Source: Allobaculum fili (GTDB lineage Bacteria > Bacillota_I > Bacilli_A > Erysipelotrichales > Erysipelotrichaceae). From it: 30,620 nucleotides of DNA. Below are positions 26,003 through 30,620 of the stretch, in pieces. Position 1 is the first letter of the stretch. The number at the start of each line of letters is the position of its first letter. Location of the stretch: contig NZ_JAHDSX010000029.1 in assembly GCF_020969955.1 (NCBI RefSeq), forward strand, positions 1-30,620, given 5' to 3'. The notes below the pieces were generated by a model. That model was not told the origin of the DNA, ran no database searches, and was given only the letters and a program-made list of their open reading frames with translations. A program made the translations under genes and the position numbers.

Positions 26003-26500
26003 TCAGTGACTGTACTCGGCTTTTATAATACCGGTCTCATCGTAATAAAGCTCGATTTTATACTTATGGCCATGATCCGTATACTGCGCCAGAATTCTTG
26101 AGGATTCATCTTTGAACAGAACGTCATGCGCCTGGATTGTCTCGTGAAATATCTTTTGCGGAGCAGCCGTCTGGCATCGTCTGGACCAGGCGCATTCTCC
26201 CGCAAACTGTTTTGCACGCTCGACAATTGCCAGATCGATGTCCGATCGTCCGGATGCCGCAAGCAGAGCGCTGCGCGCCTGCAGCGAAGCACAAACCCAT
26301 ACAGAAACCATTAAGACCAGACTGAAGAGAACGAGGGCAGGTTCCAGCGCAAATCCATTTTTCTTTTTGAACTCGACGGTACGAAATAAAGACGGATTTG
26401 CAAAGAAGCGCTTCTGCCCGCCCGGAAAATGGTGTGAGGGTTTTCGCAGACGAAAATGGGAGGACTTACTGAATCTGCCAGGTCTTCTTATGGTTTTCAT
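26003..26500 (-). CDS. comGG: minor pseudopilin, ComGG position
   Basis: Prepilin-type motif KKNG-FALEPALVLFSLVLMV. It is the last gene of the pilin cluster. The only in-frame ATG gives a 49-aa basic leader. Confidence 0.6.
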   Translation of the reverse strand: MKTIRRPGRFSKSSHFRLRKPSHHFPGGQKRFFANPSLFRTVEFKKKNGFALEPALVLFSLVLMVSVWVCASLQARSALLAASGRSDIDLAIVERAKQFAGECAWSRRCQTAAPQKIFHETIQAHDVLFKDESSRILAQYTDHGHKYKIELYYDETGIIKAEYSH

Positions 26501-26963
26501 ACATCACCTCGAGTTCAATTTTTCCCTGATGTTCTGTGAATACCGCCGAATCGATATTTTCCATGAAGATTTCATAGCCCGGCTTTTTGACGAGACGTCT
26601 CTGATCCAGAGCAACCGTTTCGGCTTTGTCGGCCCATTGAAGATGCAGCTGTCCATTCGATACGCTCGCCTTCCAGGATAAAGAACAGAGCTCGCGAAGC
26701 TGAAGAATCGCAAACTGTTCCTGAGAATCGTCACGGATGCGCAGACTTGAAGAAAGAACACGCGTCTGTACTGAAAGCAGGGAAACACAGATCATACCGA
26801 CCAGAAAGGCTAAAAGGGCTTCGCTCAGTGTAAACGCGTTTTTTCTGTGCTTTGAAGAAGACGAAGACGCCATTCGTTCGAACCGTTTCTTCACGAAAGC
26901 AGGCAAAGGCCTTTCCAAAAAGCACCCTTTTTGTTCTCGATAGCCCCAATCCCGTCTTTTCAT
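26466..26963 (-). CDS. comGF: minor pseudopilin ComGF-like
   Basis: Motif RKNA-FTLSEALLAFLVGMI. The ATG at 26963 overlaps the comGE stop (ATGA). An alternative ATG at 26873 gives a 14-aa leader. Confidence 0.65.
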   Translation of the reverse strand: MKRRDWGYREQKGCFLERPLPAFVKKRFERMASSSSSKHRKNAFTLSEALLAFLVGMICVSLLSVQTRVLSSSLRIRDDSQEQFAILQLRELCSLSWKASVSNGQLHLQWADKAETVALDQRRLVKKPGYEIFMENIDSAVFTEHQGKIELEVMYENHKKTWQIQ

Positions 26964-27247
26964 GAGGATGTACTTTCCAGAGATTCAGAAACGCCCTTGG
27001 ACAGAGCGTGTATATACGCCTGAATACTCGTACTGAGCAGAAAAACGGACAGCGAAAGAATGAGCAGCGCCAGAAGCGCTTCCATCAGAAGAAATCCGTT
27101 TTGCCTTTTTCGGCCTTTATGGGTGCGTATGTCTGACCTGTACGCTTTTCGAAAAAGAAAGACCGGTGAACGGGGAAATCTGGACAGGGAATGGGCTAGC
27201 TGAACAAGGAGAACCTTCTTTTTAAGGGAAGAAAAAAGATCGGTCAT
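26960..27247 (-). CDS. comGE: minor pseudopilin ComGE-like (short mature part, about 44 aa)
   Basis: Motif RQNG-FLLMEALLALLILSL. The start is uncertain: ATG 27247 has no SD, and TTG 27340 is the alternative. Confidence 0.45.
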   Translation of the reverse strand: MTDLFSSLKKKVLLVQLAHSLSRFPRSPVFLFRKAYRSDIRTHKGRKRQNGFLLMEALLALLILSLSVFLLSTSIQAYIHALSKGVSESLESTSS

Positions 27248-27509
27248 GGTCAATGGCCAGGGATACCTTGTTCCCGGCTGGATCCAATCCAAAACTTCGG
27301 ATCCACTCGAGAATTCTGAAAAACTGGCTCGCCTCCTCAATCGATTCGGTATCCAGACGCTCCTGTCGGTCTTTAAAGAATGATCGCCAGAGCGTCTTTT
27401 TTCCTACTGTATTTGTTTTCCAGGCAAAAGGGGAAAGACAAACGTGAAGTCTGTCTTTCGGATCGTCCAATGGGCTGCAGGATCTGAATGTTATTCATAC
27501 GAACGCGGT

Positions 27510-28034
27510 TTATGGCCCGCTTTCGATCCGTGCGCGTCCGCTTCCCAGCTGAAATACGATGCGAAATGAACTTGTTCCAGCCGTACACCGCAATGTTCCG
27601 CCTTTGGAAATCGAACCTGTTTCGTTCCAGGAAAGCTTCATAGGCGTACAGGCAAGCCCCTTAGGAAAATCAAACGATTCCTGCCCGCTAAGCATTCGAT
27701 CCTTTTGAATGTCCACCGCACGCGGCTGGCGCAATGAGAAGGCCAGATACTGCTCCTGATTCACTTTTTCCAGAAGAATTCGACTCGAAAGGCCCGAACT
27801 GTCCGCACGAGGGGTCAGCGAAAAGACAGATACAGACAGGCCTATGAGCAGCAGTACAAACAGGGTTTCGCTCAGAGAAAAGGCGTTTCGTCCCCTGGGG
27901 TTCCTGAAAGCTGTCTTTCGACACTTTGTTTGACAGTCTCTGCGGCTGGTCAGAATGTGTGTTAGGCTTTTGAAACGGAAACTGCGCCTGTCCATCCTCA
28001 GAAATTCAATCCTACCGGCTGGCGGCCTGCCCAT
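27510..28034 (-). CDS. comGD: minor pseudopilin ComGD-like
   Basis: Motif GRNA-FSLSETLFVLLLIGL. ATG 28034 has GGTGATC 6 nt upstream and overlaps comGC by 23 nt. An alternative ATG lies at 27995. Confidence 0.65.
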   Translation of the reverse strand: MGRPPAGRIEFLRMDRRSFRFKSLTHILTSRRDCQTKCRKTAFRNPRGRNAFSLSETLFVLLLIGLSVSVFSLTPRADSSGLSSRILLEKVNQEQYLAFSLRQPRAVDIQKDRMLSGQESFDFPKGLACTPMKLSWNETGSISKGGTLRCTAGTSSFRIVFQLGSGRARIESGP

Positions 28035-28320
28035 TGACGATCACCACGCTTTTTCCGTCCGGACATTTTGCCTGCCCGTCTTTGAGATAGCCTTTGGAAA
28101 TGAGTTCCTGTACGGAAGTCGGAGTACGATCTTCATCGATTTCATAAAGCATAATCTGAGAATTGACGACTTCGATGAGCGCTTCGCAGCCTTTGGCGCG
28201 GATGATTTTCTCCTTGCCCTGGAAATTCGGAATCGTGATCCATAAAGTGATTGCTATGAGCAAAAGAGAAACCATACATTCGATAAGCGAAAATGCATTC
28301 TTTTTGTTGCCTGAGTTCAT
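28012..28320 (-). CDS. comGC: major competence pseudopilin ComGC
   Basis: ATG at 28320 with AGGAGG 7 nt upstream (the track ORF starts at 28551). Short leader MNSGNKKNA followed by FSLIECMVSLLLIAITL. 102 aa with two C-terminal Cys residues. Confidence 0.85.
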   Translation of the reverse strand: MNSGNKKNAFSLIECMVSLLLIAITLWITIPNFQGKEKIIRAKGCEALIEVVNSQIMLYEIDEDRTPTSVQELISKGYLKDGQAKCPDGKSVVIVNGQAASR

Positions 28321-28326
28321 GTTTTT

Positions 28327-28346
28327 ACCTCCTGTCTGTTTATACG
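28327..28346 (-). promoter_or_regulatory. conserved com-locus upstream element (copy 2): CGTATaAACAGACAGGAGGT
   Basis: 19/20 identical to 19356-19375, with the same 6-nt distance to the ATG. Confidence 0.6.
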
Positions 28347-28542
28347 GATGGATTTTGTGCAATCGATATTTGTTTTGAACCGGCCGTCCGAAATGGCTGG
28401 AGGTTTTTTGAAAATGCAGAAGATCGCCGGGAAAAAGAAAGAGGCGGAGAAGCCGCAAAGTGCACTGTGCAGTTCGAATCAGCTGACTATGTCGGTTTGA
28501 CGAAATCTGATAAGCTGTGAATAAAAGGAGAGTGATTATGCA

Positions 28543-29409
28543 ATGAAACACGTTACTGTTGCCGGCGGCGGTGTTCTAGGTGTGCAAATCGCCCTGCAGT
28601 CTGCCGTGAAAGGAAAGGACGTAACCATCTGGCTGCGTTCTGAATCCAGCATTACGCGTACTCAGCCGCGTATTCAGTATTACAAAGAGCAGTATCTCGG
28701 TACGCTCCAGAAGGGGATCCCGGCCCCGGGACTGGTCGGCGTAACAGCCGAAGATGTCGAGAAAGCCGTCGCTTCGATTCGAATCGAGCTCGATCTTGAA
28801 AAAGCGCTGTCGGATGCCGATCTGCTGATTGAAGCCATTTCGGAAGATGCTGGCGTGAAAAAGGATTTCTTTGAAAAGGCTTCTCCATACATTACGGAAA
28901 AGATGATCGTCGTGACCAATTCGAGTACGCTGCTGCCCTCGATGTTCGCAGACGACGTACCGTATCCGCAAAACTTCCTGTCCCTGCATTTTGCCAACCA
29001 TATCTGGATCAACAACCTGGCCGAAGTCATGGTTCATCCCGGAACAAATCCGGAAGCCTTCGCAAAGGTAATGGAATTTGCCAGAGAAATCGGCATGGAT
29101 CCGGTAGCCGTCATGAAAGAGAAAAACGGCTACCTTCTCAACAGCATGCTCGTACCTTTCCTGATGTCTGCCATGGATTTATACGTGACGAAAACGGGCA
29201 GTCCCGAAGACATTGATAAAGCCTGGGCAAAAGGCACCGGTGCTGCCATTGGTCCGTTCCGCATGCTCGATGCGATCGGTCTGGAAACCGCGCTTCTGAT
29301 CACCAGTCAGTTTGTGAACATTCCGGACGAAATTGCGCCGTTCCATTACAAGGACATCGCGCAGATGCTGAAAGAGCGGATCGCGAAGAAGGAAAGATTT
29401 TACAGCTGA
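28543..29409 (+). CDS. 3-hydroxyacyl-CoA (3-hydroxybutyryl-CoA) dehydrogenase family protein
   Basis: 288 aa with an N-terminal Rossmann motif VTVAGGGVLGVQIA, the 3HCDH signature region (SNSSTLLPS, HFANHIW..NLAEV) and a C-terminal GPFRMLDAIGLE. Confidence 0.88.
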   Translation: MKHVTVAGGGVLGVQIALQSAVKGKDVTIWLRSESSITRTQPRIQYYKEQYLGTLQKGIPAPGLVGVTAEDVEKAVASIRIELDLEKALSDADLLIEAISEDAGVKKDFFEKASPYITEKMIVVTNSSTLLPSMFADDVPYPQNFLSLHFANHIWINNLAEVMVHPGTNPEAFAKVMEFAREIGMDPVAVMKEKNGYLLNSMLVPFLMSAMDLYVTKTGSPEDIDKAWAKGTGAAIGPFRMLDAIGLETALLITSQFVNIPDEIAPFHYKDIAQMLKERIAKKERFYS

Positions 29410-29469
29410 TCGAGAAATATAAACGATCGACCTGAGTAGAATGGATCCTGAAATTAAGAATTAAAACAG

Positions 29470-29512
29470 CCCCCTGTTCCCATGCCAATCGGATGAATAC
29501 AGGGGGATTTTT
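29470..29512 (+). terminator. intrinsic terminator after the dehydrogenase gene
   Basis: Stem CCCCCTGT / ACAGGGGG with a large loop, followed by ATTTTT. Confidence 0.55.
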
Positions 29513-29849
29513 CATGATCGGATGTCATGCTCTTCAAAGTAATACAGCACAGAAATTCGAAAAAATTTGAACGAACACGTACCATTTGTTTTTCGGCCTA
29601 TTCTTCATAAAGCATGACAAAGGCATGCAATTCGGACAAAATACCGGTTCTGTTTGTGCTTATTGGCGCACTGTCAAAAAATTGGAGGTCGCAAAGAAAG
29701 AGGATTGTATAATTTGACTATTCATGAACCCAGAACAGAAACCGGCTGTTTCACGCCATCTTTTTCATTCGCTTTAGACGGAGTCGGACGCCCTCGAAGA
29801 AGGAAAGTCTGGGCGAAACGGCGGTTTCAGAAAGAAAGGAACCCAGTTT

Positions 29850-30341
29850 ATGGCAACAAACCAGCCCTATTCCCGTGAGATTGCTCAGACGGTACTGCGC
29901 TATCTCGATGACGATGAGTGGAATTACGACTTTGATGAAGAACTTGGACTGATTCGTTTCAGTCTCAGCCTCAGTTCCAAAATCAAGCACATCAAGTATT
30001 ACCTCGACATCGACACAGAAAGCTTCAACGTATACGCTCTGTGTCCGCTTGGAGCCGATATGGACGATGAGACAACGGTTCGAGAAGTCAGCGAATTCCT
30101 TCATCGCGCCAATTACGGTCTGCGCGCCGGAAACTTTGAAATGGACTTCCATGACGGCGAAATCCGCTACAAAACGTATTGTTATGCCAAAGACAGCCTT
30201 CCCTCCGTCGAAGCGATTAAGGAATCCATCTTCTATCCGGCGGCCATGTTTGAACGCTACGGAGACGGAATTCTTTCCATTCTCTTTGGCGGCCTGAGTG
30301 CACAGGATGCCATAGCCCGCTGCGAACAGCCAAGACGCTAA
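29850..30341 (+). CDS. YbjN domain-containing protein
   Basis: 163-aa acidic protein. The pattern (W.YD.DEE.G.I.F.L......I.Y...ID.....V.A..P...) is typical of the YbjN / T3SS-chaperone-like family. Confidence 0.7.
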   Translation: MATNQPYSREIAQTVLRYLDDDEWNYDFDEELGLIRFSLSLSSKIKHIKYYLDIDTESFNVYALCPLGADMDDETTVREVSEFLHRANYGLRAGNFEMDFHDGEIRYKTYCYAKDSLPSVEAIKESIFYPAAMFERYGDGILSILFGGLSAQDAIARCEQPRR

Positions 30342-30395
30342 ACCCAGTCGAACCGGAGCCTTTGCCTCGGCCATTCAATATCCTCAATAAACGAA

Positions 30396-30440
30396 GAAAA
30401 CCGCTTTCGTTCAAGTCGTGACGGAAGCGGTTTTCGTTTG
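30396..30440 (+). terminator. intrinsic terminator after the YbjN gene
   Basis: Stem GAAAACCGCTTTCG / CGGAAGCGGTTTTC (one mismatch) followed by GTTT. Confidence 0.55.
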
Positions 30441-30530
30441 GTTCAGCCTATATTTTCCAGTCATTCATCTGCAGAAGTCAGACCTGGCTTTTTGGTAAGC
30501 GTCAAATAAAAGACGGGTATTTTCTCGACC

Positions 30531-30569
30531 GCCTCCTTGGGATAATTCCTTTATTCAAGGAGGCTTTTT
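30531..30569 (+). promoter_or_regulatory. hairpin whose 3' arm is the SD of the next gene
   Basis: GCCTCCTT (30531-30538) pairs with AAGGAGGC (30557-30564). TTTTT follows, and then the ATG at 30571. Confidence 0.4.
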
Positions 30570-30570
30570 C

Positions 30571-30620
30571 ATGGAATCAATCATCCCTGCAATCGATCTC
30601 GGTATCGATTTCTCCAAAGT
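30571..30620 (+). CDS. 5' end of an unidentified ORF (MESIIPAIDLGIDFSK..), truncated by the window edge
   Basis: ATG 6 nt after AAGGAGG. Only 16 codons are visible. Confidence 0.35.
   Translation, partial: MESIIPAIDLGIDFSK

Noticed and set aside
27222-27470. 82-aa ORF (- strand) between comGD and comGE
   Set aside because: It has a TTG start, no SD, no TM or pilin motif, and overlaps the comGE leader in another frame. It is kept only as part of the unexplained-gap finding.
28538-28546. Mini-ORF ATG-CAA-TGA overlapping the dehydrogenase start (ATGCAATGA)
   Set aside because: It may merely reflect SD spacing (AAAGGAG lies 7 nt from the first ATG and 12 nt from the annotated one). There is no evidence for regulated reinitiation.

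Overview
Two parts. (1) Positions 1 to about 12.1 kb are the right arm of a siphovirus-type prophage, all on the + strand: major tail protein, G/GT tail chaperone pair with a -1 frameshift site, a 1401-aa tape measure protein, Dit, Tal with a collagen-like segment, a fibre/receptor-binding candidate, two small lysis-associated membrane proteins and an amidase endolysin. The phage arm ends at a terminator, followed by a dense TCGACA repeat array just before a tRNA-Cys/tRNA-Leu pair on the - strand. (2) About 18 kb of Bacillota-type chromosome follows (strong AGGAGG-type SDs, comG genes, moderate GC by eye). It carries YitT, a class B PBP, rpmG (not in the ORF track), an MBL hydrolase, comGA-comGB, YoaK/DUF1275, an EamA transporter, a D-2-hydroxyacid dehydrogenase, a cation/H+ antiporter, DJ-1/PfpI, a DnaQ-like exonuclease, comGC-GD-GE-GF-GG, a 3-hydroxyacyl-CoA dehydrogenase and YbjN. 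I found no CRISPR array, transposase, recognisable defence system or toxin-antitoxin pair. The most unusual observations concern the competence pseudopilus genes. They are split into two loci about 6.6 kb apart. Both loci are preceded, at identical spacing from the ATG, by the same 20-nt element (19/20 identical). All four minor pseudopilins appear to have 44 to 52-aa or longer, very basic N-terminal extensions before the prepilin cleavage motif. A DnaQ-like exonuclease follows comGG with no intervening terminator. Functional calls rest on motif recognition by eye, and no database search was possible.
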